Shown piece after piece: positions 1 through 8,030 of a DNA stretch of 21,179 nucleotides. A program made the translations under genes and the position numbers. Every line of letters starts with the position of its first letter. The first letter of the stretch is position 1. Origin of the DNA: Snowella sp. (GTDB taxonomy: Bacteria; Cyanobacteriota; Cyanobacteriia; Cyanobacteriales; Microcystaceae). The DNA lies in NCBI GenBank assembly GCA_035285545.1, contig JAYKGY010000095.1:1-21179 (forward strand), written 5' to 3'. A model generated the notes under the pieces. It searched no databases, was not told the origin of the DNA, and was given only the letters and a program-made list of their open reading frames with translations.

Positions 1-99
1 AATACTCTGGGCAAAATTTTCTTCATCTTCTATAGAATCTAAAATAATTTTTAACTTTTGTTCAGTTTTAGGTTGAACAGATAGGTGAAAATCTAACAT
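1..99 (-). CDS. N-terminus of a small protein running off the window edge (MLDFHLSVQPKTEQKLKIILDSIEDEENFAQSI...), probably a TA-type antitoxin
   Basis: Not in the ORF track. ATG at 99-97 is preceded by GAGG (GAGGTAAACAA-ATG) and the frame is open to position 1. Resembles small cyanobacterial antitoxin-like proteins from memory; family uncertain. Confidence 0.55.
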   Translation of the reverse strand, partial: MLDFHLSVQPKTEQKLKIILDSIEDEENFAQSI

Positions 100-203
100 T
101 TGTTTACCTCATCAGCTAAATAATCAGAAAAGCGATCTTATCAGTTTCATTAGTGAAATATAACACTCCTTTTCAAAAAAACGAAAATCCTTAAGCTCAT
201 TAA

Positions 204-416
204 TTAAGTTTTTTCAATCAATTCGCCACCTAAATATTTGTGAATAATCTCTTGAGCTAGATTAGAAACAGGTTTTTGAAAATGCTCTGCTAAATCATAA
301 ATTTTATTAGTATCCTGAATAGACAAATTCACCTCAATCTTTTGCCGAGAACGATCCGCGATCGCCATTTTCCCCAGTGTACCAAAAATTAACTGATCAA
401 CCATACAATCAATCAA
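204..416 (-). CDS. Small hypothetical, ribbon-helix-helix/CopG-like protein; the first ~12 codons are a clpB 3'-end remnant (alternative ATG at 368)
   Basis: KIEVNLS..DTNKIYDLAEHFQKPVSNLAQEIIHKYL fits a beta-helix-helix RHH pattern. The N-terminal IDCMVDQLIF matches Clp[11 protein letters not shown]. Confidence 0.4.
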   Translation of the reverse strand: MIDCMVDQLIFGTLGKMAIADRSRQKIEVNLSIQDTNKIYDLAEHFQKPVSNLAQEIIHKYLGGELIEKT

Positions 417-420
417 AATT
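381..420 (-). repeat. Degenerate duplicate of the clpB 3' region (copy of 771-810)
   Basis: 32/40 identity by ungapped hand alignment. CAAAAATTAACTGAT is identical at 383-397 and 773-787. Confidence 0.75.
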
Positions 421-430
421 TTATTTTCAA

Positions 431-640
431 CTAAGCAACATCAACATATTCACAAAGAGAAACCGATTCAGGAATAGTCATCCCCTCTTCTTGTAACCCT
501 TCTAAGTGAAATGCGATCGCTTCGGAAATTAACTCTTTTACCTCTTCTAAAGACTCGCCAACCGCAACACATCCTGGTAAATCAGGAACATAAGCTCCAT
601 AACTAGTTTCACCTTTTTCAATCACGATCGCATAACGCAT
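431..640 (-). CDS. hicB: HicB-family antitoxin, short form without a DNA-binding domain; no adjacent hicA
   Basis: MRYAIVIEKGETSYGAYVPDLPGCVAVGESLEEVKELISEAIAFHLEGL is the canonical HicB signature. AGGAG RBS upstream. Confidence 0.9.
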   Translation of the reverse strand: MRYAIVIEKGETSYGAYVPDLPGCVAVGESLEEVKELISEAIAFHLEGLQEEGMTIPESVSLCEYVDVA

Positions 641-668
641 AATTAGATATCTCCTTAAATTTTAGTTA

Positions 669-3380
669 TCAAGAAGAAACAACCTCGACTTCGACTAAAG
701 GCACATCATCCTCAATCGCGATCGCTTCATTTTCTGCTACGGTCACTGACTCCTGAATTTCTGCTGGCTTATCAAAAATTAACTGATTATTCAGACAATC
801 AATCTGAATCGTATCCCCCGCAATAAAGGTATTTTCTAAAATCTTGGTCGCAATGGGATTTTCTAACTCCCGTTGAATTGCTCGTTTTAACGGTCTAGCA
901 CCATAAATCGGATCGTAACCTGAACTTACAATATGATCTAATGCGGAATCGGATAACGATAAGGTAATCTTTTGATCTTCTAAAAGCTTTTCAATGCGCT
1001 TAATTTGTAGGGTAACAATATGCCGTAACTCATCCCGTTTTAAGGTGTGGAAAATAATCAGATCATCAATCCGATTTAAAAACTCAGGACGGAAATGTTT
1101 ACGCAGAGATTGCAAGACCTGTTTTTGCATCTTTTCATAATCTGCATCATCCGCCGAGAAATTTAAAATATGATCGCTACCAATATTACTGGTCATCACA
1201 ATAATGGTATTGCGGAAATCCACCACACGACCTTGGGAATCGGTAATGCGGCCGTCATCTAGGACTTGCAACAAGATATTAAACACATCTAAATGGGCTT
1301 TTTCTACCTCATCCAATAACACCACCGAATAGGGACGACGACGCACCGCTTCTGATAACTGTCCCCCTTCTTCGTAACCCACATACCCAGGGGGCGCACC
1401 AATCAAACGGGAAACCGCGTGTTTTTCCATGTACTCCGACATATCAATGCGTACCATTGCCTCTTCACTGTCAAACAGAAAAGACGCTAAGGCTCTGGCT
1501 AATTCGGTTTTACCCACGCCTGTTGGCCCCATAAAGAGGAATGAACCAATGGGACGGCTGGGATCTTTCATGCCTGCTCTAGCCCGACGAATTGCGGCCG
1601 AAACGGCCATGACGGCTTCCTGTTGACCAATGACCCGTTGATGCAAGTGTCCTTCGAGTTGTAGAAGTTTTTGCCGTTCGGATTCTAAAAGACGATTAAG
1701 AGGTATTCCTGTCGAACTAGCAATAATTTCAGCAATGTCCGATTCGGTAACTTCTTCCCGTAATAGGGTGGTTCCTTGGGATTGGATTTCAATGAGTTTG
1801 GTTTCTTTAGCTTCAATTTCTTGTTGTAAAACTTCTAATTTGCCGTATTTTAATTGAGCCGCTTTATTGAGGTCGTAATCCCGTTCTGCTTTTTCCACTT
1901 GACGGCGGATTTGTTCTTCTTCCTCCTTGAGGGTGTTAATTTCCTCTAGCATTTGCTTTTCCGACAGCCATTGACCCGACAGTTCTTTTTGTTGACTTTC
2001 GAGATCGGTGATTTCCTGTTGAATTTTTTCTAGGCGTTCTTTGGATGAGCGGTCTACCGATAAACCTGGGCGTTTTTCTTCTCCTTCCAAGGAAAGTTTC
2101 TCCATTTGCAACTGCATCAAACGGCGATCAATTACCTCTAGCTCAACGGGTTTGGAGGTAATTTCCATTTTTAAACGGGCCGCGGCTTCGTCTACGAGAT
2201 CAATGGCCTTGTCGGGTAGAAAGCGATCGCTGATGTAACGATGGGAAAGGGTAGCGGCGGCAACGAGAGCAGAATCGGTAATTTTCACCCCATGATGGAC
2301 TTCGTAGCGTTCTTTGAGTCCCCGCAGAATCGAGATTGCATCTTCTACACTGGGTTGCTTAACGTAAACTTGTTGAAAACGCCGTTCTAGGGCAGGATCT
2401 TTCTCAATATTTTTGCGGTATTCATCGAGGGTTGTCGCCCCAATACAACGCAATTCTCCCCGTGCCAGCATGGGTTTTAGCAAATTGCCCGCATCCATTG
2501 AGCCTTCCCGACCCCCTGCACCGACAACGGTATGTACTTCATCGATAAATAAAATAATCTGCCCATCGGAATGAGTCACTTCTTTCATGACCGATCGCAG
2601 ACGTTCTTCAAATTCTCCACGATATTTTGCCCCTGCAATGAGGCTACCCATATCCAAAGAGATCAACTGCCGATTTTTCAAAGATTCAGGTACATCCCCA
2701 TTCACAATTCGTTGGGCCAATCCTTCGGCGATCGCGGTTTTTCCGACCCCAGGTTCACCAATTAAGACAGGATTATTTTTAGAACGACGGGAAAGGACTT
2801 GAATCACTCGCCTAATTTCTTCATCACGCCCAATTACTGGATCTAACTTACCTTGTCTTGCCTGTTCAGTGAGATCACGCCCATATTTTTCTAAGGCTTC
2901 GTATTTTTCTTCCTGATTGGGATCGGTGACTTTTTGGCTGCCCCGAATGGCTTTAATGGCAACTTCGAGATCCTGGGGGTCAAGGTTAAAGGTGCGTAAT
3001 AGTTTGCGACCAATACGTTCATCCTCTGCAAAACCCACCAACATGTGTTCAACGGAGATAAATTTATCATCCCAACTTTCTTTGGCCGCATCCGCCCGAT
3101 CCAGCATGACATCTAAACTGCGACCCAGATAGAGTTGATCAACGTAGCTTTGTTTGGTCTGTCGATTAGTAAAAATTTCTAACTGTTGCTGAACACTGAC
3201 AACATCAATATTCGCTTTCTGAAAAATCCGTGCAGCTAACCCCTTTTCCTGTTCCACCAGGGCAAGAATAACGTGTTCGACTTCTAAGGTTTGATTTTTG
3301 AAACGACGGGCAACTTCTTGGGATTTAACGATCGCGTCCCAGGCTTGCTCTGTAAATTTACTTGGATCGGTGGGTTGCAT
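669..3380 (-). CDS. clpB: ATP-dependent chaperone ClpB
   Basis: Clp N-domain; Walker A motifs GEPGVGKT and GPTGVGKT; coiled-coil M domain (KAAQLKYG); [33 protein letters not shown]. Confidence 0.97.
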   Translation of the reverse strand: MQPTDPSKFTEQAWDAIVKSQEVARRFKNQTLEVEHVILALVEQEKGLAARIFQKANIDVVSVQQQLEIFTNRQTKQSYVDQLYLGRSLDVMLDRADAAKESWDDKFISVEHMLVGFAEDERIGRKLLRTFNLDPQDLEVAIKAIRGSQKVTDPNQEEKYEALEKYGRDLTEQARQGKLDPVIGRDEEIRRVIQVLSRRSKNNPVLIGEPGVGKTAIAEGLAQRIVNGDVPESLKNRQLISLDMGSLIAGAKYRGEFEERLRSVMKEVTHSDGQIILFIDEVHTVVGAGGREGSMDAGNLLKPMLARGELRCIGATTLDEYRKNIEKDPALERRFQQVYVKQPSVEDAISILRGLKERYEVHHGVKITDSALVAAATLSHRYISDRFLPDKAIDLVDEAAARLKMEITSKPVELEVIDRRLMQLQMEKLSLEGEEKRPGLSVDRSSKERLEKIQQEITDLESQQKELSGQWLSEKQMLEEINTLKEEEEQIRRQVEKAERDYDLNKAAQLKYGKLEVLQQEIEAKETKLIEIQSQGTTLLREEVTESDIAEIIASSTGIPLNRLLESERQKLLQLEGHLHQRVIGQQEAVMAVSAAIRRARAGMKDPSRPIGSFLFMGPTGVGKTELARALASFLFDSEEAMVRIDMSEYMEKHAVSRLIGAPPGYVGYEEGGQLSEAVRRRPYSVVLLDEVEKAHLDVFNILLQVLDDGRITDSQGRVVDFRNTIIVMTSNIGSDHILNFSADDADYEKMQKQVLQSLRKHFRPEFLNRIDDLIIFHTLKRDELRHIVTLQIKRIEKLLEDQKITLSLSDSALDHIVSSGYDPIYGARPLKRAIQRELENPIATKILENTFIAGDTIQIDCLNNQLIFDKPAEIQESVTVAENEAIAIEDDVPLVEVEVVSS

Positions 3381-3573
3381 TAGGTTGGGTTATAAGGATA
3401 CTTAAGCAATAAGGAGACTACTCCTCATATTGTAGAAGGGGTCGGAGACATTTTTCTAATCGCCATAGACTTTCAAGCGAGTCAGCGTTTAAAAATGATC
3501 TTTCTTGAAGTATCCATCAGACAAGGCTTATAATGAACTGGGGACTAATTTCAGATGCTTTTCTGAGTTTATT

Positions 3574-4134
3574 ATGAACGTTGAATTTCGGTTTCATCCT
3601 AAAAAAACGGTAGAAGCCGCAGCAGTACTATTAAAGCTGCACGGTAAACCAATGAAATATTTGGGCTTACTGAAAATGCTTTATCTCGCTGATCGGATTG
3701 CATTGCAAAGAATGGATCAACCTATCACTGGCGATCGCTATGTTTCAATGGATTATGGCCCTGTCCTTTCTGGTGTTTATAACCTGATTAAAGGAAAACC
3801 AGTTGATGAGGCTTTACCGTTATGGTCTAAGTTTATTTCCCCTCGTCATCATAATTATGTCAATTTATTAGATGATCCAGGTAAAGACGAACTTTGTGAA
3901 GAAGAAGAAGAAATTATTACTCAAGTCTATAAAACATTTGGTTATCTTGATCCCTTTTTAGTCGCTGAATGGACTCATAATCTTCCAGAATGGCAAGATC
4001 CTCATGGTTCAGCAATTCCGATTTCAGTAGAAGCTATTCTCAAAAATTTAGGAAAGAGTGATGAAGAAATAGCCGAAATTCAGAAAGAAGCAACTTGGGA
4101 GGCTTATTTGGACGAGGCTTTGAATGACTGTTAG
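3574..4134 (+). CDS. Panacea (DUF4065/SocA-like) domain antitoxin
   Basis: LLKMLYLADR, YVSMDYGPV and WTH..PEW motifs. ATG 3574 is preferred over TTG 3505. Overlaps the next gene by 11 nt. Confidence 0.85.
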   Translation: MNVEFRFHPKKTVEAAAVLLKLHGKPMKYLGLLKMLYLADRIALQRMDQPITGDRYVSMDYGPVLSGVYNLIKGKPVDEALPLWSKFISPRHHNYVNLLDDPGKDELCEEEEEIITQVYKTFGYLDPFLVAEWTHNLPEWQDPHGSAIPISVEAILKNLGKSDEEIAEIQKEATWEAYLDEALNDC

Positions 4135-4513
4135 CATTAACTTAGGCGATGCTTTTCTGTTAGATACGCCGCCTTATGGTGAACATCTTTACATCGCAAT
4201 TGCACAAACTTCTGAAAGCAAATATTTATTTGTCAATGTTACCAGCCGCCGAGCAAATTCTGAAACAACTTGCGTTCTCTTTCCCTCTCCTGAGTTACCT
4301 CCTTTTATCCGTAAAGAATCCGTAATAGCCTATCAGTTTGCCCGTGAAATGAGCGCAACAGATTTAGAGAGATTAATCACGCCTGGTAGCTCTATTCCAA
4401 AAGGTTCTTGTTCCGCGTTGATGTTAGAAAAAATCCAGCAGGGAGGATTAATTTCTAAAAGGTTAAGTAATCGTTATAAGACGGCTCTTAGAAATTTTCT
4501 AGCAACACAATAA
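4124..4513 (+). CDS. Hypothetical protein, putative toxin partner of the Panacea antitoxin (possibly PemK/MazF-like fold)
   Basis: Overlaps the Panacea gene (ATGACTGTTAG). GDAFLL..P...HLYIAI ... FVNVTS ... PFIRKESVI pattern is reminiscent of PemK-like barrels. Confidence 0.6.
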   Translation: MTVSINLGDAFLLDTPPYGEHLYIAIAQTSESKYLFVNVTSRRANSETTCVLFPSPELPPFIRKESVIAYQFAREMSATDLERLITPGSSIPKGSCSALMLEKIQQGGLISKRLSNRYKTALRNFLATQ

Positions 4514-4659
4514 AACTTTGTATTTCGATCAATCCAATGAAAGCAGTGATTTATTCATTTGGGTAAATGGTAATCGCATTTTTGTTGATATAAAGAGGCG
4601 ATCGCATACCTACAAATCAAATAAAATAGTTTAATAATCAGGTAGCCAAAGATCACGCT

Positions 4660-4872
4660 ATGGAAACTCAAGAACTTAAAACATTAATCAAAGAAAGCGT
4701 TCGAGAAGTATTGCGGGAAGAAAGACTAATACTTTGCAATACTTTAATGCCCTATGTCAGTGAAGCTGAACAACAAGAAATAGAAACTGAATTTGGTTCT
4801 CCCTTAGATTACGAAGATGATGAATTGATTGACATGACACACTGGGTAAAAAATGGCGGTCAAATTTCGTAA
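4660..4872 (+). CDS. Small acidic antitoxin of a RelE-type pair
   Basis: LKTLIKESVREVLREE...YVSEAEQQEIE. The 3' end overlaps a RelE-like start. Confidence 0.75.
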   Translation: METQELKTLIKESVREVLREERLILCNTLMPYVSEAEQQEIETEFGSPLDYEDDELIDMTHWVKNGGQIS

Positions 4873-4945
4873 ACAAGCAGTTAAATTTTTACAAAAAGCA
4901 AATGCTGAAGATGTTATCAAAATTCAGCTTTGGTTAAAATTCTAG
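4853..4945 (+). pseudogene. Truncated RelE/ParE-family toxin (MAVKFRKQAVKFLQKANAEDVIKIQLWLKF*)
   Basis: Hand translation gives the RelE beta1-alpha1 start (VKFRKQAVKFLQK). It overlaps the antitoxin stop and ends after 30 aa. The C-terminal YRLRIG-type motif is not found downstream. Confidence 0.75.
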
Positions 4946-4984
4946 CAAAGTTATCTTTAGCCAAGATTTATAGTCACAATTTTC

Positions 4985-6001
4985 ATGAAAATAAAAGCCC
5001 AGACTCCTAGACAGATTCGCAAATTTGAACGTAGAGTAAGTGAACTGATAGAGTTGAGTGGTGGCATAGATATAATTTTTAAAAAATTCAAGCATCGTCC
5101 ATCAAAAGAAAGCTTGATAAAAATGTTTATTTCAGGTGAATTTGGAGTTGATAACCCTCTTCTTTTTGGAGGAATTGAATTTGCCTTAGAATATGCGTTT
5201 GATGAATTCAATGGATTAGTTAGTTTCATTAAAAATAATTGGAGAGAAAATTTAGATTCTAATATTTTTGACCATGATAAATGGGATATCTTTTTTCATG
5301 CACAAAATGAGCCTTGGGCTAACTTATTATTTTCAGTAATTATAGATAAAACTTTTACTCCATTTGTAAGTAATCTTAAACGCAAAGAATTTATACGATT
5401 TACAGATAAAGAAGAAGAACTTATTCATGAGCAAACTAGATCAATTGTATTTGATCTTAAGCTTATGGATATTTTAAGTATAAATGATGATTTTATTCAT
5501 AATCTTGGATCTGAAGTAAAATTTAGGCAAAATGGCTGTTCAAGTTCTTATGTTTACTGGTATGGAATATGGATTTCTTCCCCTGAATTATATGAAGAAC
5601 AAGAACGAGATAAACACACTGTAAAATCACATAAAAGACATTTAGCATCAGGGAAAGTCATTAATGTTCGTTCACATGAGCGTAGAAATCGTTTATTGGA
5701 AGCAAAAGTTCCTTGGGATGATTTTAATGACTATATCGTCTATCAAGCCTATGATATTAATGGAATTTTAAGATACATCGGTGAAGGAAGACCAGATCGA
5801 TATTTGCATATAAACTCTGGAGTATCTCATAATTACAAAATCAATGAACATTATTTTGTACACGGAAAAATGGATGTTAAAATAGTTAAGGAAGGTCTTA
5901 GCAAGCCAGAAGCATTAGCCATTGAAAAGTTTCTAATTGGCAGATATAGTAAAGGTCAACTTTGGAATATTAAAGACAATCCAATTCTATTATTAGATTA
6001 A
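4985..6001 (+). CDS. 338-aa hypothetical protein with a C-terminal GIY-YIG-like nuclease domain
   Basis: YIVYQAYDINGILRYIGEGRPDRYLH...EALAIEKFLI...LWN matches the GIY-YIG Y/YIG/R/E/N arrangement. Visibly AT-rich. Confidence 0.7.
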   Translation: MKIKAQTPRQIRKFERRVSELIELSGGIDIIFKKFKHRPSKESLIKMFISGEFGVDNPLLFGGIEFALEYAFDEFNGLVSFIKNNWRENLDSNIFDHDKWDIFFHAQNEPWANLLFSVIIDKTFTPFVSNLKRKEFIRFTDKEEELIHEQTRSIVFDLKLMDILSINDDFIHNLGSEVKFRQNGCSSSYVYWYGIWISSPELYEEQERDKHTVKSHKRHLASGKVINVRSHERRNRLLEAKVPWDDFNDYIVYQAYDINGILRYIGEGRPDRYLHINSGVSHNYKINEHYFVHGKMDVKIVKEGLSKPEALAIEKFLIGRYSKGQLWNIKDNPILLLD

Positions 6002-6154
6002 TAAAACTGACTATATTTTGAAGAGTAAAGCAGTGTTCGTCATGAGACTAGCGATTGTTTAAATAAAATGAATTATTTCAAGAAATAGGCAAGTCACATA
6101 AAAGTTAAATAAAGCTACAATAGAAATATTAAATTCACAATATACTAATAGATT

Positions 6155-6367
6155 ATGACTTTAGCTGATGTTCTTCCTCATGCTCGCAAACTGTCGGCGA
6201 TTGAAAAACTTAAATTGATCCGTATCTTAGCTGAAGATTTAGATACTGCTGAAGATATTTTTCCCTTAGAACCTTTCAAAACTTATGATTTGCCAACTCC
6301 CTATGATAACTTTGGGACTGGAGAAATTTTAATGAAAGCTCTTAAACAAGAAACAGAAAATGATTAA
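6155..6367 (+). CDS. Small antitoxin-like protein upstream of aspartyl protease (module copy 1)
   Basis: LSAIEKLKLIRILAEDL...Y.L.TPY; paralogous to 17709-17924; 3 nt from the protease start. TACAAT -10-like box at about 6116. Confidence 0.75.
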   Translation: MTLADVLPHARKLSAIEKLKLIRILAEDLDTAEDIFPLEPFKTYDLPTPYDNFGTGEILMKALKQETEND

Positions 6368-6370
6368 ACT

Positions 6371-6775
6371 ATGCTATTCAAATATTCAACCATAAATTCA
6401 ACTCAAAATGAATTTGATAGCCTACCAAGAATTACACTAACATTAAGACGAGATGATCAACAGATTGAAGCCACTGGTTTAGTCGATAGTGGAGCTACTG
6501 TAAACGTTCTTCCCTATCAATTCGGACTTCAACTAGGCGGCATTTGGGATGATCGTAAAGCGATTATTCAACTAGCAGGTAATCTGGGTAATCAACCCGC
6601 AATTCCTCTCTCTGCGATCGCTTATCTTGGGGAGTATTCACCGGTTGAATTAATATTTGCTTGGTCAAAAAATCCAAACGTCCCTTTAATTCTTGGACAA
6701 ACTAACTTTTTCATGGAATTTGACGTTTATTTTTATCGTTCTCGCTTGGAGTTTGAAATAAAGCCTAAATCATAG
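6371..6775 (+). CDS. Retropepsin-like (clan AA) aspartyl protease
   Basis: Catalytic LVDSGA motif and downstream ILG (PLILGQTNFF); single domain of 134 aa. Confidence 0.85.
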   Translation: MLFKYSTINSTQNEFDSLPRITLTLRRDDQQIEATGLVDSGATVNVLPYQFGLQLGGIWDDRKAIIQLAGNLGNQPAIPLSAIAYLGEYSPVELIFAWSKNPNVPLILGQTNFFMEFDVYFYRSRLEFEIKPKS

Positions 6776-6836
6776 GGCGATCGCTTTAAATCACCGTGTA
6801 AAATAACAACATAACAATCAACTGTGAAAAACGCCC

Positions 6837-7058
6837 ATGATTCAATTCGTTGAAGCAATTATTGATCCAGAAGGTAACGTGCATTTGCTCGAATCTGTTA
6901 AACTTTCCACATCGAGAAAAGCAATTGTTACCATTCTTGAAGAAAATCCGACAACCTCTATTTCCGAAACGGCTATATTAAGCGAAGCCAGTTTAGCAGA
7001 AGATTGGTCAAGACCTGAAGAGGATGAGGCATGGTCACACCTACAATTGGCTCAATAA
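6837..7058 (+). CDS. Antitoxin (AF2212/DUF104-like N-terminus) of a MazF-type pair
   Basis: EAIIDPEGNVHLLESVKL..RKAIVTIL, and the C-terminal SEASLAEDWSRPEEDEAWSHL typical of antitoxins preceding PemK/MazF genes. Confidence 0.75.
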   Translation: MIQFVEAIIDPEGNVHLLESVKLSTSRKAIVTILEENPTTSISETAILSEASLAEDWSRPEEDEAWSHLQLAQ

Positions 7059-7084
7059 TTTTTATTCCATTTATTATAAAATAA
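7031..7084 (+). pseudogene. N-terminal stub of a PemK/MazF toxin (MVTPTIGSIIFIPFIIK*)
   Basis: ATG overlaps the antitoxin 3' end. G.(V/I)(V/I)..PF is the MazF start, but the expected PFSD...RP continuation is missing. Confidence 0.65.
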
Positions 7085-7237
7085 TCTGATCAACAAGAGG
7101 CGATCGCATCTATTATCATCGAAGAAATTCAAGAAAATCAACAATGGAATCAATTCTCTTTAGCGCAAGCCATGAGAGATCTAGAGAGTGACAACTTCCC
7201 TGAATATACAGAAGCCGACCTTATCGAAACATGGTAA
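7085..7237 (+). pseudogene. 5'-truncated antitoxin-like fragment (SDQQEAIASIIIEEIQENQQWNQFSLAQAMRDLESDNFPEYTEADLIETW*)
   Basis: Open 50-codon frame with no N-terminal start. W..FSL..AMR.LE....PEYTE.DL resembles C-termini of cyanobacterial antitoxins. No toxin follows. Confidence 0.5.
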
Positions 7238-7256
7238 GAAACAATCATTTATTCAA

Positions 7257-7697
7257 TTAGCTTAATCGCTGTTTTAACCAAAAAGCTAATAACGGCCAGG
7301 CGACGCGATAACCTAACTTTGGCCCATAAATTAATCCTTTTTGCTCCAATCCTAATAATGCGCCTTGCAGACCACCACCTTTTGATAGTTGATGTTTGCG
7401 GATGTAATCTTTGGCGTGGGGGCTATCGGTTGGATCGCTGGCTAAACTTTCTAATACCCTAGCTTGAATAGGCGGCAAAAGCAGGAGCAAGGATTCAAAA
7501 ATTTGGGCGCGGTCTTCAATTAAAGCGAGGGTGCTACGGTGGACGTGATGGAGTTGAATAATGTTTTTAAGTGTAGTGTGGGGAACAGACGGAGAATTGA
7601 GACTGTTTCGGGGATGAATGCTAAAGTCCCAATCTTCAAATTCTAGAGCTTCAACCCGATATTCTACCTAGAGACGGCGAACCGAGGCGATCGCATC
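7257..7697 (-). pseudogene. 3' fragment of a conserved cyanobacterial AAA/ATP-binding protein gene
   Basis: The frame extends upstream of the 77-aa ORF as DAIASVRRL*VEYRVE...HHVHRSTLALIED...FESLLLLLPPIQARVLESLA. It has an in-frame TAG, lacks the N-terminal ATPase domain, and appears to begin at the HIP1 site 7687-7694. Confidence 0.6.
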
Positions 7698-8030
7698 CCG
7701 ACAAATCAGATAGTTTAATCATCGAGAATATCAAGCAGATAATGCTAGTCTGTAAAAGAGTCGAGAACTATCAACTTGTTATGCCGCTGGAAGTTAGCAG
7801 GAATTGCTGGAAACCCTGAAAATCTTGTATATCATTCACGAAACTTTAACAACAGCCTACACCTGTACCATTCATCCTGAGTGAGTCCCTCAGGAATCCT
7901 TTTGCCTGCCATTTGTAGATGCTAGGCTCAAAAGAGCTTTCCAAAAACAGAAATTTCAACTCCCCCCAGGCTAGTCAACCATGTCCTAAGCCTTGTATTA
8001 TTACTGGTTACCCTCTATTGTTCCCTCGTT

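Noticed and set aside
1429..3132. Small ORFs overlapping clpB (1429, 2041, 2571, 2587, 2891, 2917)
   Set aside because: Antisense or alternate-frame shadows of a conserved gene, with no recognisable motifs.
4957..5229. 90-aa minus-strand ORF
   Set aside because: Antisense to the 338-aa gene; no motif.
4985..6001. Absence of HIP1 as proof of foreign origin of the nuclease gene
   Set aside because: The longer native pyk gene also shows no perfect HIP1, so absence over 1 kb is weak evidence.
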